In this document: one piece after another, positions 40,588-51,625 of the stretch
Layout of the letters: each line of letters opens with the position of its first letter
Position numbering within the stretch: position 1 is the stretch's first letter
NCBI GenBank assembly: GCA_963678065.2
Contig: CAXXVZ010000005.1
Span: 736,001-800,000 of the forward strand
From: Treponemataceae bacterium
GTDB lineage: Bacteria > Spirochaetota > Spirochaetia > Treponematales > Rectinemataceae
Direction of reading: 5' to 3'
DNA: 64,000 nucleotides
The notes under the pieces: generated by a model
The model's database searches: none
Told to the model about the DNA's origin: nothing
What the model saw: the letters and a program-made list of their open reading frames with translations, nothing else
Made by a program: the position numbers and the translations under genes

Positions 40588-41316
40588 TTAACCGGTGAAG
40601 CATACGATAATTGTAACAATAATATTGTACTCAAATAAAGCACTTAAAAGCATCTGATAATATCGTTTTATGGTCACCCTTGCTGTCATATAACTTTTTT
40701 CAAATGTATCACTAACAACTAAAAGAGCTGATACAACAATATTATACTTTTGAGCATAAAAGAAGAATGAAGAACATTCCATTTCTAGTCCTATTAGGTC
40801 TTTATCAAATACTTCATATTTCGGTTGTGCAGTAACACAGGGGACTGATACTGTTTTTCCTTCTAGATATTTTATATTCCTTTCACGTAGTTTTCGTTTT
40901 ATTAAGTTGCTTTGTTCTGAATCTGGAAAAACGTATTCAGTATCATGTAAAAAGTTTAGGACCCCTTCCAGTGCTTGTACTTTATTTGGAATAATAAAAT
41001 CGCCAACATCTAGTGATTTTTCTATGCCAAAAGCAGATCCAAAAAAAGTAATTTTCTTGACATTCCCATCATTTAGTACTGCCATTAAATCAATCATAGA
41101 TGCAGCACCATAAACTTGGAACAATAGTAAATATTCTATACCGTTATGTTTGGCAATTACTCTTTCAAAATGACTATATTCATGAAAAACGACTGTATCA
41201 AAATTTGAAAGTATACCATCAATGAATGAATGCTTCGATGAGCCAGCAAAAAGAAAACAATCTGAAGGTAAGGTATCTCTATCAAAAAAACTAACTGACC
41301 ACTTACCCATTTTCAT
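40588..41316 (-). CDS. Nucleoside phosphorylase-like protein (PNP/UDP family)
   Basis: FFGSAFG..VGDFIIP..GLEMECS..LLVVSD. Confidence 0.75.
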   Translation of the reverse strand: MKMGKWSVSFFDRDTLPSDCFLFAGSSKHSFIDGILSNFDTVVFHEYSHFERVIAKHNGIEYLLLFQVYGAASMIDLMAVLNDGNVKKITFFGSAFGIEKSLDVGDFIIPNKVQALEGVLNFLHDTEYVFPDSEQSNLIKRKLRERNIKYLEGKTVSVPCVTAQPKYEVFDKDLIGLEMECSSFFFYAQKYNIVVSALLVVSDTFEKSYMTARVTIKRYYQMLLSALFEYNIIVTIIVCFTG

Positions 41317-41517
41317 CTCCCAAATAGCGTTCAAAAATCAAGTTATTCTATATAGTTACTACAATATATAACATGGTAAAATATAACACATTGCGCCGTA
41401 AAGCATTTATACTGATACACATAAATTGATTTGTCGAGTATTTTCAAAAAATAATAAAAGGTCCATTCAAACGGCCAGAATGGAAAATCCTACCAGGTCC
41501 GCGCAAAACAATATGTC

Positions 41518-41660
41518 GCCTAACGTTTTGTGCCTCTGACGTTTTGGCCCGCATCGGCGGGCCGAAATGTGCCTGAGTGGAGTGAGCGAATGCGAGCGAA
41601 ACGATGGCCGAAGAGTCGCCAGCTTCGCTGGCGGCGATGAGCAGGGGCACGGTGTTAGGC
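41518..41660 (-). repeat. attC site, subtype B
   Basis: Subtype B ends. Confidence 0.85.
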
Positions 41661-41671
41661 GCTGTGCTAAT

Positions 41672-43862
41672 TTATCTTAGTTTTTTGATCACTTCATCAT
41701 AGCAATACTCAGCATATTTTCTTGCAAATATTTTAATCATTTTTTCTCTTTTTCGATTTGTTAAATTTTTTGTTTCATCAAGTATTGATTGAGCAATTAC
41801 CATTTCATTTTCAATATCCTTTTCACATAATTGAGTACAATAATTAACTATCTGTAGAGGCTTTTTCAAAACTTCGTAATCCGCTTTGTAAAAAAGCGAG
41901 TTATTGTAACTGAAGCTTCGTTTTTGCACAGTAAAAATTACATGTGCAGTAAAAAGGGCTCTCTTTTCAGTGCAAAAGATGGACTACCCCTACAAAATCC
42001 GGTTCTGCCGGATTGCCCGGTTACGATTTCTGCAGTTCGGGAAGGATGAAGTACTGCAAAGCCTTGACGGCCGCCAGAACCACTACCCCGCACATGAGCA
42101 GGAATGATACTTTCTCAAATCCCCGTACAAATATCTGACCCGGTATGAGCCAATCCTTCAAATGCGAGTTTGCACGTTCAACCGTTGTCCTGATTGTGTA
42201 CCGCTCCTTCTGTGACGGCGAAAATGGTTCCCGTTCCGTCCCACGACGCGTATTCCGATCAATCAGCGGAACACGCCCACGTCCCTGGATATAGGTCGCG
42301 ATGGGATCCGCATCGTATGCAGCGTCCATGACTGAATACAGATGTCGGACCTTTTTCTCTGTTATCTTTTCCAGAGGAATCGCTACTTGCGAATCATGAA
42401 CATTGGCGCCGGTTACGACTGCTGAAATAGGGAATCCTGTGTCGCTGACATCAAGGTGCAACTTGTATCCTTTCCATGTTTCCCTATTCCCCTGGCTGTT
42501 CTTCTTGCATCCCCATGCACAGTCTTTGGATAGTTCTGACAAGGATTTCCTGACGCTTTGGCCGACTTGCTTTTCTATCTGTGTCGGCTCCTTCACAGGC
42601 CGAACTTCTCCTTTTCGGGGACGACCTCGTTTCCGTTGCGGTGTCACGGAAGAAACAGCTTCACGTTTGGCAGGTACAGGTTTTTCTCGTGCTCGTATCT
42701 CCGTCGCATCCCGATTTATGTGTCCGACGATATGGCCGTCATGACAATCCTTCACCATGGTATTCAAAGTCTGAATCAGCGGAGTCTTTTTTGAAAACTC
42801 CGCGTAGCGACGCGAAAAGGTCGCAGAGCTTGGAACGGAGGTGAAGCCGCATATCCTCCGCAGATTCGGATCGTTGATCAGCCTGTTCCTAAGGTCCGTG
42901 ACTGTCGCTATGTGGAATACCGTTCGGGCGAAAAACGCCCGCATGATCGGTTCGTTCCGATGTGGAGGACGGCCAGTCCGTGCACATGGTGATGTAATCC
43001 GTGGCTGAGCATCTTCAATGACTCTGAGCAGGGCGATAAAAAAGCGATGCTCGTCGGTGAGATATTCTTCGAAACATCGCTGGATATCGTAGGAAATCGG
43101 CAAAAGTATTTGCGCTCCGCCCAGTATTTCTGGTATGGTTTTCATCAGCGGGGGCTCCTCCTGGTGACGTTTGTGTTGCAACATCATCATACAGGTTCTG
43201 TCCCCGCTTTTCATTAAAATTCGTTCATCTCATGACTTTTGAAAGAGCCTCTGTATTTTAGTTTTTTTCTTCTCTTGTCTTCTTTCTATTAATATAGAAC
43301 TAACTACTGTCGATGACACTAAAATCATAAAATCGAGCAATTTTATAGCTACATCAGCAAAATCACCGCCTCTTTCCCGTTGTATTAATTGTTCTGCTCT
43401 TTTAATTTTATCTATCAATTGCTTGTTATTTTCATAATCAGAAAATATTACTTTTCTCCAATTAACTTCAATATCAATAATTTCTATTACATCAATATCA
43501 GTTTTTAAATAATGCGATTTTGCAAAGTCTATCAGTTGTGGTACTTTTATATTTTCAATATAATTATTAACATCAGATTGCATATACTTTACAATATTTT
43601 TATAATAGTAATTACCACAGTATTTGCATTTTTGACACAACTGAATATCAAATATCTTCAGTCCATTAACAAATTCCATTTCTGAATATTTACAATCTAT
43701 TGCATCTTCAGTGATTTTAATAATAAGCTTTTCATATTGCTCCATTACTACTTTTTCGTTTGCGTGCTTTTCTATTAATATTCTTTCATTCAATACAACA
43801 AATTCTTTTGCTTCAATTGTTTCAAATTCTTCAAGATTTGTACCACAATTTTCACAACTCAT
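41672..43862 (-). pseudogene. Hypothetical Cys-motif protein interrupted by an IS
   Basis: Removing the IS and one TGTA joins ..KKTKIQ to IVNYCTQLCEK.. in frame. Confidence 0.75.
41857..43251 (-). mobile_element. 1395-bp DDE IS, copy 2; transposase 42021-43214
   Basis: Same ends and identical protein to copy 1; TGTA duplication. Confidence 0.9.
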
Positions 43863-43886
43863 AACATCTCCCTAAATTAGCATTGC

Positions 43887-44027
43887 GCCTAACGTTTGCC
43901 TGCCTACGACGTTGTGGCGAGCATCGGCGAGCCACAATGTGCCTGAGCGGAATGAGCGACAGCGAGTGCAGCGATGGCCGAAGAAGGAGCCGCAGGCGAC
44001 TGATGAGCGTGGGCAGTGCTGTTAGCC
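43887..44027 (-). repeat. attC site, subtype A
   Basis: Consensus repeat. Confidence 0.85.
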
Positions 44028-44429
44028 GATGTTTATCGCGCTCTTCCCTTCACCCATTTTTTTGATCTTATTCTCTACCCATTTTACACAATACTCGGAA
44101 ACCTTTACTGCATCATGATATTCTTGTTCACTGACGGGAGTATATTCCCCTGGATATCGTGTTTGTACCGCATAATCATTGAGAATCACAACATCTTTCA
44201 GTTCATGTGGTAGTTCAGAATATTTAGCTACTTCTCCCAATAAGGTCACCATATTATGAATTTTAGGTGCTTCAACATCATGGAATAACAGAAATGCTTT
44301 AATCGCTTTTTCTGCTGCTTGTTGTGCCTGAAAACATAAATCTTCACGACATATTTCATCAGATACTACTATTTTAGCTAAAGCAAGATTGCTTTTTGCC
44401 CGAAGAAGCCATTCCGCATGATTACTCAT
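44022..44429 (-). CDS. HEPN-domain protein
   Basis: CFQAQQAAEKAIKA, PKIHN, TRYP; stop codon inside the attC TAAC. Confidence 0.88.
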   Translation of the reverse strand: MSNHAEWLLRAKSNLALAKIVVSDEICREDLCFQAQQAAEKAIKAFLLFHDVEAPKIHNMVTLLGEVAKYSELPHELKDVVILNDYAVQTRYPGEYTPVSEQEYHDAVKVSEYCVKWVENKIKKMGEGKSAINIG

Positions 44430-44742
44430 ACACAACAACACCTTCTCGTGCGATTGTTTTGTAAATCATTCCTGTTTCAAATTTCAATTTCTCATATTTG
44501 TCCGTATCAACCGCAATAAGGTCTATCGGGATTCCAATATTTTCAGTTACTAACATTCTATATACTTTTTGAGTAATTTCTCGTTCGTTCGTTATGTTAT
44601 TTTTAAGAATGAGAAGATCATAATCGCTATTCTCGGAATTATCGCCACGTGCCCTGGACCCAAACAAGATCACTTTGTATGGATGTACTGATTGAGCAAT
44701 GACTTCCACAGCACGTCCCAGTTGTCCAACGGCAGCTTTCAT
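44422..44742 (-). CDS. Minimal nucleotidyltransferase (MNT)
   Basis: LFGSRARGD..SDYDLL. Confidence 0.88.
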   Translation of the reverse strand: MKAAVGQLGRAVEVIAQSVHPYKVILFGSRARGDNSENSDYDLLILKNNITNEREITQKVYRMLVTENIGIPIDLIAVDTDKYEKLKFETGMIYKTIAREGVVVYE

Positions 44743-44800
44743 AACTCCATTGTATCCTATGGTTTACCGAAAAACCAGATATCTCCGCGCGATAAATTTC

Positions 44801-44942
44801 GGCTAACGTTCGCCTGCCTACGACGTTGTGGCGAGCATCGGCGAGCCACAATGTGCCTGAGCGGAATGAGCGTTAGCGAGTGAAGCGATGGCCGAAGAAG
44901 GAGCCGACAGGCGACTGATGAGCGTGGGCAGTGCTGTTAGGC
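44801..44942 (-). repeat. attC site, subtype A
   Basis: Consensus repeat. Confidence 0.85.
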
Positions 44943-45740
44943 GAAGTTAGGCCCGAACATCTTCCGTTTCTTTAATCGTTTTTCTATCAGCTTCTTTACC
45001 TTTTCATAGCTTGGAGGTGGCCCCGTCCTAATCTGTTTGTCATCAATAAATAATGCATCCACAATACCATATTCCAGTAGTGCTTCTCGATTATTTGTAT
45101 CTATTCCTACAAATTCCACGTTCCTTCCATATTCTTCCGATGCCCGTTTCGCCCGTTCATAGACTATGTTTTGTGCTGGGCACCATCCATTTTTAAAGCA
45201 CGTTACCCTTACCCTCTCACTTCCGACTTCTGGTCGCTTTTTCATTTTGATAAAACTCGGTTTCTCTACATCAGCTGTAAATGATTTCAACACCAACTCC
45301 GACATCCCATCCACATCAACTCTCTTGTATCCCTGCTTTTTAAACCATGCTGATCTCATAAAAAATGGTAGCCGTATTCCCCATGCTGCTATTCCCTTTG
45401 ACCCAAGCTTTTTTGCATCTTCTTCGGCAGCTTTCAGTAAAAGCTTCCCAATTCCCCGTTTCTGATAGTTCCCTACCCCTTTTGTATGTCCATGTACCCA
45501 AATGCAATAAATGTAATGGATATCCTTCCCATGTAGTGGTGCGTACTGTACAGGGATATACTGGATCATCCCAACAATCTTAGTATCGTCTCGTGCCAGT
45601 TTTACTCGCAAACCATTGCTCTTGTTGTTATTGTACCATTCAGTTTTATGATTTCCTGCATCCTTCATTTCCTCGGACCATTCTTCCAAACACTTGCAGT
45701 ATGTTTCACTATATTCGTCGGTGATATCGATTATTTCCAC
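44937..45740 (-). CDS. GNAT acetyltransferase with thioredoxin-like (YoaP-like) C-terminus
   Basis: IQYIP, YQKRGIGKLLL, GWCP. Confidence 0.8.
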   Translation of the reverse strand: MEIIDITDEYSETYCKCLEEWSEEMKDAGNHKTEWYNNNKSNGLRVKLARDDTKIVGMIQYIPVQYAPLHGKDIHYIYCIWVHGHTKGVGNYQKRGIGKLLLKAAEEDAKKLGSKGIAAWGIRLPFFMRSAWFKKQGYKRVDVDGMSELVLKSFTADVEKPSFIKMKKRPEVGSERVRVTCFKNGWCPAQNIVYERAKRASEEYGRNVEFVGIDTNNREALLEYGIVDALFIDDKQIRTGPPPSYEKVKKLIEKRLKKRKMFGPNFA

Positions 45741-45779
45741 GATCTTCCTCCTTTATCATGGGCGTGAGGGCCTAATTTC

Positions 45780-45921
45780 GCCTAACGTTCGCCTGCCTAC
45801 GACGTTGTGGCGAGCATCGGCGAGCCACAATGTGCCTGAGCGGAATGAGCGATAGCGAGTGCAGCGATGGCCGAAGAAGGAGCCGAAAGGCGACTGATGA
45901 GCGTGGGCAGTGCTGTTATAT
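45780..45921 (-). repeat. attC site, subtype A
   Basis: Consensus repeat. Confidence 0.85.
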
Positions 45922-45958
45922 GCAGTTTTGATGCCCACTCTTTCATTTTTGTATCCCT

Positions 45959-46510
45959 TTACTCTACTTTTCTATTTAGCAATACATAATGAACATGATC
46001 TTCCCATTTCCCGTTTATTTTCAAGTACTTTTCACTTCTCCCTTCATTTTTGAAACCCAGTTTCTCTACTACTCGTCGCGAGCGGATATTTCGTGGAATG
46101 ATATTTGCCTCAATCCTATGCAGCCCATATTCCATAAATGCCAGTTCTATAACTCCCTTTATTCCTTCTGTCATATACCCCTTATTGATTTCTTCAGAAT
46201 CGAGTTTATACCCTAAAAAACATGACAAAAATGCTCCATACACAATGTTTGATAATCCACAATACCCTAGTATTGTTTCATTGTTATTTTTCTTAAATAT
46301 ATATAAACCCAATCCTGTCCTCGTTTCAGTAGACACAGTACCGCTCTCGATGAGTGATTTCATTGATTCATAGGTATAAAAACTCTCTACTCGTTCTGGT
46401 TCCCATTCTTTTAGAAAGTTCCTATTCTTCGTATAATACTTTAATAATTCACTCGTATCATCTATCGTCAATGATCGCAAGAGCAATCGCTCGGTCTCAA
46501 ACACAATCAC
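45959..46510 (-). CDS. RimJ-like GNAT acetyltransferase
   Basis: GYMTE, LHRIEANIIPRN, YLKINGKWEDH. Confidence 0.88.
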   Translation of the reverse strand: MIVFETERLLLRSLTIDDTSELLKYYTKNRNFLKEWEPERVESFYTYESMKSLIESGTVSTETRTGLGLYIFKKNNNETILGYCGLSNIVYGAFLSCFLGYKLDSEEINKGYMTEGIKGVIELAFMEYGLHRIEANIIPRNIRSRRVVEKLGFKNEGRSEKYLKINGKWEDHVHYVLLNRKVE

Positions 46511-46718
46511 AGAGTATCTCCCTGCTCAGATTCATATCTATTTTACCCTTGGTTTATCATTTTACCAGCTTTGACGCTACTATCTATTTCTACAATAGAG
46601 TTTATAGCTCACTTTACTCGTACTTTTTTATAATGCCCTTTATTTACTATTGTACCATCCCGCTATGAGAGGGGGGTTCACTACTTTCTACTACCAGAAT
46701 GCTGGGCATCAAAATTGC

Positions 46719-46861
46719 ATATAACGTTCGCCTGCCTACGACGTTGTGGCGAGCATCGGCGAGCCACAATGTGCCTGAGCGGAACGAGCGTATGCGAGTG
46801 CAGCGAATGGCCGAAGAAGGAGCCGACAGGCGACTGATGAGCGTGGGCAGCGCTGTTAGAC
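46719..46861 (-). repeat. attC site, subtype A
   Basis: Consensus repeat. Confidence 0.85.
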
Positions 46862-46893
46862 GCAGTTGCCATATTCTTACTTTCTTTCTTGAT

Positions 46894-47520
46894 TTACCAT
46901 TTATTATTATGGATCCTTTCTTCTACATCTACATTATGCTGTTTCATCTGTTTAGAATTTTCTTCAGGATATCCTAATGACACATAACAAGGAACTTCAT
47001 GTCCTTCCGGAATATTCAATACATGTTTTATATGGTCTATTTCTTCTCCCGATGGGATTCTCATTACACCAAAGATGCCTTCAGCTGTTGCAGCTAACAG
47101 TATATTTTCTATACAACACCATATTGATGCAAATCCATTGAGAGACGATAACGTCTTTGGTACTAACAGAGGATCTTTTTGCCCAAAACACGGGATAATG
47201 AGGCACCCTGATTGTAAAAGCATGTGATACTGTCGAGGTATTGCGTCAAGATACATAGCACGTTGATCCGTATCCTTTAGTCCCCACGTATCTATTACCT
47301 TTTCTGCGTCTTTTTCAGTTCTACCCTTGTTTATGGGAGTTAATACCTGAAGTTTCTTTGCCATATCAGTAATTATTATAAAATTCCAATTACGCATGTG
47401 ATCATTTGTCGGAGCATGCAATCCTGCATTCACTATTTTCTTAATGATCTCATCTTTTATCACAATTTCTTTGAACGTCCGTACGGTTCTTCTGGTGTAG
47501 ATTGCTTCATAGATATCCAT
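46894..47520 (-). CDS. Nitroreductase family protein
   Basis: RRTVRTF, APTNDH, ENILLAATAEG, LGYP. Confidence 0.85.
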   Translation of the reverse strand: MDIYEAIYTRRTVRTFKEIVIKDEIIKKIVNAGLHAPTNDHMRNWNFIIITDMAKKLQVLTPINKGRTEKDAEKVIDTWGLKDTDQRAMYLDAIPRQYHMLLQSGCLIIPCFGQKDPLLVPKTLSSLNGFASIWCCIENILLAATAEGIFGVMRIPSGEEIDHIKHVLNIPEGHEVPCYVSLGYPEENSKQMKQHNVDVEERIHNNKW

Positions 47521-47694
47521 CGCACTGCCCCCATAAACACTAATAGCTCAGGTAATGATCAATCACAAGCATTATAGCAAAACCGATTCTATGCATATCA
47601 TAAAAATGGCTTGAAAGCGGTAAATGAAGGTATATCTTTTTAATCATACACACTGTGGTGGTATATGATATTCATATCTCAATATGGCAATTGC

Positions 47695-47829
47695 GTCTAA
47701 CGTTTTGTGCCTCTGACGTGTGCGACCGCACAGGCGGGCGCACATGTGCCTGAGCGGAATGAGCGCAAGCGAGTGGAGCGAGGGCCGAAGAGCCATGAAA
47801 TGGCGATGAGCAGGGGCACGGTGTTAGGC
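47695..47829 (-). repeat. attC site, subtype B
   Basis: Subtype B ends. Confidence 0.85.
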
Positions 47830-47908
47830 GATGCGCGAAAATAATATACCTTATCATTATCATACATTCATATTCTTTATAGTCTGCCGTTTATTCCATA
47901 TCTGCTTA

Positions 47909-49216
47909 GGCATCGCGCCAAAATAATTTGACTGCTTTTATTCTTTAGTCGGAAGCAAAGCATAGTTCCAATCGCCATGGAATTTTGCCTGCTTAATGTT
48001 CAGGGCAGCAAGTTCTTCATCACTAACCTTGATCCCGAGTGGATACGAACCTGAATCCAATTCTGCGCATATTTTCAGTCCCGCTGCAGTGGTTGTATTT
48101 GCAATCAATTGAATAATTACCTCGTGGCTAATCAACGGTCGGCCTCGCCAGTTCTGAGTGATATGGCAAAACATTCGGTGCTCGATTTTATTCCATTTGC
48201 TGGTACCTGGTGGAAAGTGACACACGTGAATTGACATTCCAAGCTGATTCGCTAATTCGTGCAATGCAAGTTTCCAGAGCCGACATCGACTACCGTTGCT
48301 GCCACCACCATCAGCGGTAATCAGCAATTCTTTTGCAGTACGATACCGTTTCACACCCATTTTTTCCCACCAACGTCGGATGGCTTCGGCAGCAAAATGT
48401 GCGGTATCGTGGTCGATTCCTACACTGACCCAGCCCTTGTTTTCGCTTATATCGAAGACTCCGTATGGTATGGCCTTGCCCAGCTCTGTATCAATGAAGT
48501 CATGAACCATTACAGATTCCGGTTCACCTTTGGGACGCCATTCTCGTCCTCCATTTCGAAATTCCCCAATCAATTCTTTCTTTTTCGTATCTACCGAGAT
48601 AACTGGATTCCCTTTACGCTGAAACCGCTTGACCATGGTGTTGATATACTCAAACTGCGCATTTCGATCCGGATGCGACGTTCCTTCTTTGGTCTTCCGA
48701 TTGCTCTGTAGACTGTAGCCTTCCGCGTTCAGTAGCCGTCCAACCGTGCGCGGGCTTACTGTGTGCCCTTGTCGTGTAAGCGTATCTGCAAGATTACTGG
48801 TGCTCAGGCACGTCCACTGTAGTGGCGACTCTGGATCACCCCGTGTCATTGGTTCAATTAAGCTCGTAAGTTTTTCCCTTAACTCGGGATCGTTTTCACT
48901 GCATCGTTTTCTTCCACCGCCTGGGAAACGTACGCGAGTGCGTATCTTCTCGTGCGGATTACTTTCGCGTAATGCCAGCTCATTCATTCCTTTGCGTATT
49001 GTGTTCGGCGACATCTTAATCGCGGTATTGACTGCCTGTATCCCACCACGACCATACGCTCTTGCTTCAGCCGCCGCCCATTGACGTCGCATTCGTTCAT
49101 CCATCATGGGCACAAGTGCGTTGTACTTGGAAGCTATTTGTTTTACCGTTGCCTGATCTTGCATACTTCATTATAATATAATCAATATATTAGTCAAGTT
49201 ATTTTGACGCATTGCC
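47909..49216 (-). mobile_element. ISAzo13-family element; transposase 47938-49164
   Basis: ISVDTKKKE, ADGGGSNG, SKWNKIEHR; imperfect IRs; TTA duplication. Confidence 0.9.
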
Positions 49217-49326
49217 TTACTACCTGGGAAGTCAAATTTTATTGGCTTAATATGTTTTAATTACCCACACACATGAATAAAACAGAATTGCGTATCACTT
49301 TATCCATACCGTATGCAAATAAGCTA

Positions 49327-50004
49327 TTATTTATCACATTGAGACTCTTTCTCGAATTTCATTTTTTCATTAATAAGTTTAGTATATTCTTCTCTACTTC
49401 GTGAATCTCTTATATACCTGTTGTCTTGCCATGGCATCAGCTTAAATGTTCGTCCAGCCATTCCATAATATTTCAATCCGACTGTGCAACCTTCTTGTTT
49501 ATAAAATGCGCAAACATCAGGTTTTGATCCTGTAGATTTAAATATGTAATTATAAAATTGCTGAATTGTATTACCGCTATGTGCTTCTCCAGCCACTAAT
49601 AATATTTTCTTAAACCTATCCCCCGGAATCCGTGGCTTAATAAGCATATCTTCTTTCCTTTTATTGTCCCTCCATTCATATACTCGATCTATAACTACAA
49701 TTGGTATTTGATTTAATGCATATGATAGCATAGCGCCGAATATAGCACCTCCTCGGCCTATTCCAATTATTAAATCGTAATATTCTTTATTGAATATGAT
49801 TTCATTTGATATTTTTTCCGCTGCTTTTTGTGCTTGTTTCCACGACAAGCGAATATAAAAGCTATACTTGAAGGCACTAAACAACGGTTTCCCATATACA
49901 TTATTTTCGTTTTTTGTAGAATGTATCTTGTCATAAAAATAACCAAATCCTGTGATAATGCCGAGTAATGAGGAAATTAATCCAATAATTGTAAGTGTGT
50001 CCAT
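49327..50004 (-). CDS. Phosphoribosyltransferase-fold protein with N-terminal TM helix
   Basis: IIGIGRGGAI, ILLVAGEAHSGNT (degenerate PRPP loop), MPW. Confidence 0.7.
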   Translation of the reverse strand: MDTLTIIGLISSLLGIITGFGYFYDKIHSTKNENNVYGKPLFSAFKYSFYIRLSWKQAQKAAEKISNEIIFNKEYYDLIIGIGRGGAIFGAMLSYALNQIPIVVIDRVYEWRDNKRKEDMLIKPRIPGDRFKKILLVAGEAHSGNTIQQFYNYIFKSTGSKPDVCAFYKQEGCTVGLKYYGMAGRTFKLMPWQDNRYIRDSRSREEYTKLINEKMKFEKESQCDK

Positions 50005-50028
50005 AACTACCTTGCATTTTCGCGTTTC

Positions 50029-50169
50029 GCCTAACGTTCGCCTGCCTACGACGTTGTGGCGAGCATCGGCGAGCCACAATGTGCCTGAGCGGAATGAGCG
50101 AATGCGAGTGGAGTGAAGGCCGAAGAAGGAGCCACAGGCGACTGATGAGCGTGGGCAGTGCTGTTAGGC
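50029..50169 (-). repeat. attC site, subtype A
   Basis: Consensus repeat. Confidence 0.85.
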
Positions 50170-50188
50170 GATGTTCCAGCGCGATCTT

Positions 50189-50464
50189 CTATTCAATTTT
50201 GATCAATAATTTCTTCCCAAATACTTCTGCTACTTTCTCCAAGGTCGATAACCGAATATCTTCTGCATGATTTTCCATCCGAGATATGACACTTTTCTTT
50301 GTCTGTAATCGTGTTGCCAATTCTTCCTGGGTCATTCCTTCATTTTTCCTGAGTTCTTTAAGCATGATTCCTATCTTAAATTCCTCATATCCTTTCTCAT
50401 ATCCTATGCCAAATTCCGGATCTTTCTTTTTCCTGTTTTCAATATAGACAGATAAATCACTCAT
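50189..50464 (-). CDS. XRE/HigA-like antitoxin
   Basis: [18 protein letters not shown]. Confidence 0.85.
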   Translation of the reverse strand: MSDLSVYIENRKKKDPEFGIGYEKGYEEFKIGIMLKELRKNEGMTQEELATRLQTKKSVISRMENHAEDIRLSTLEKVAEVFGKKLLIKIE

Positions 50465-51003
50465 TTTTTTACCCTCGTAAAATACTCTGTACGATATTTT
50501 TCTGCCCTTTGGATCTCATCTCGTGGTGTTTTCTGAGTCTTTTTACCAAACCCATTAGTCAGAACAACTAGATTTCCAGAATCCATAAAGCACAATATCC
50601 TATATGCCATCCGACCTACATCGATTCGACATTCCCATAGTTCATCAGTTCCCGATAGTTTCTTGAAATACTGAATCGGAACTCTGTCCATTTCTTCTAC
50701 AATCCGTAATACCCAGGTTATCTTTTGTAATTCTTTACCTGATACAGAATCAAAAAACTCTTCTATGGGACATCGTCCTTCCTGATTTCCCGGAAAATTG
50801 TAGCTATGAATAAATATGTCTATATTATAAATAGAAATGATTCACCATCCGAGAGCGTTGCATAGCTGTATTTGTAGCTATACTTCTTGCCCATGAAAAT
50901 ATGTAACTTCTATTTGGATATGAAGTTACCAATTCCCTAGTTACAATGCGCCGGGAAATCAAGGTCCTTCGGAAGTCCTATAGAAGATTATTGTTCTCTT
51001 CAT
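50461..51003 (-). pseudogene. RelE/HigB (Gp49-like) toxin interrupted by a MITE
   Basis: Removing the insert restores MKRTIIFYRTSEGRCPIEEFF..LWECR..GFGKKTQKTP. Confidence 0.85.
50781..50964. mobile_element. 184-bp MITE with IS1634-like ends
   Basis: CCTGATTTCCCGG..CCGGGAAATCAAGG; TCCTT duplication. Confidence 0.8.
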
Positions 51004-51069
51004 GTATACATGTTAGCACATATGCTAACTACCGTCAAGTTTCTTTTCTCCTCTTCGCGCTGGAATTTC

Positions 51070-51210
51070 GCCTAACGTTTTGTGCCTACGACGTTTTGGC
51101 GAGCATCGGCGAGCCACAATGTGCCTGAATGGAACGAGCGCATGCGAGTGCAGTGAAGGCCGAAGAAGGAGCCGATAGGCGACTGATGAGCGTGGGCAGT
51201 GCTGTTATGT
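51070..51210 (-). repeat. attC site, chimeric B/A
   Basis: Begins gttttgtgcct (B), remainder subtype A. Confidence 0.8.
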
Positions 51211-51226
51211 GCTGTGCCCACGCGTC

Positions 51227-51625
51227 TTATTGTACTACCTCTATTTTTAACTTTTTCCCTATTTCTTCCATTTTTTTATCACACGTTAGTACCATTCCAT
51301 CATTCCTTCTCGCTGTTATTAAATACATCATATCATATATTGAATGGTTGTATTTTATGCCCTCCGCTAATGCTTCTTTCCATATATCCTTACTATCAAT
51401 ATAATCATCTATTAGGAGAATCCCTTCTTCAACATTTCTGACACATTCAGAATGTTCCATAGATGCTAATTTGTTATATTTCCACATTACATTCGATAGT
51501 TCCGATATAATAATATCAGGAGCTATTGTCCAATCTGCTTTCTCAATATATTCACTATATCGTTCGGCGTTTTCTCTCTTTAGCACTATTTCTACAATAG
51601 CACTTGCATCCATTATTAGTATCAT
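51227..51625 (-). CDS. PIN-domain toxin
   Basis: IMDASA, APD...E..N..WK, YDMMYL, LTCD. Confidence 0.85.
   Translation of the reverse strand: MILIMDASAIVEIVLKRENAERYSEYIEKADWTIAPDIIISELSNVMWKYNKLASMEHSECVRNVEEGILLIDDYIDSKDIWKEALAEGIKYNHSIYDMMYLITARRNDGMVLTCDKKMEEIGKKLKIEVVQ

Noticed and set aside
40540..40620. Second nested attC in the 40443-41524 cassette
   Set aside because: Only a weak gattaa resemblance; no convincing R/L box symmetry.
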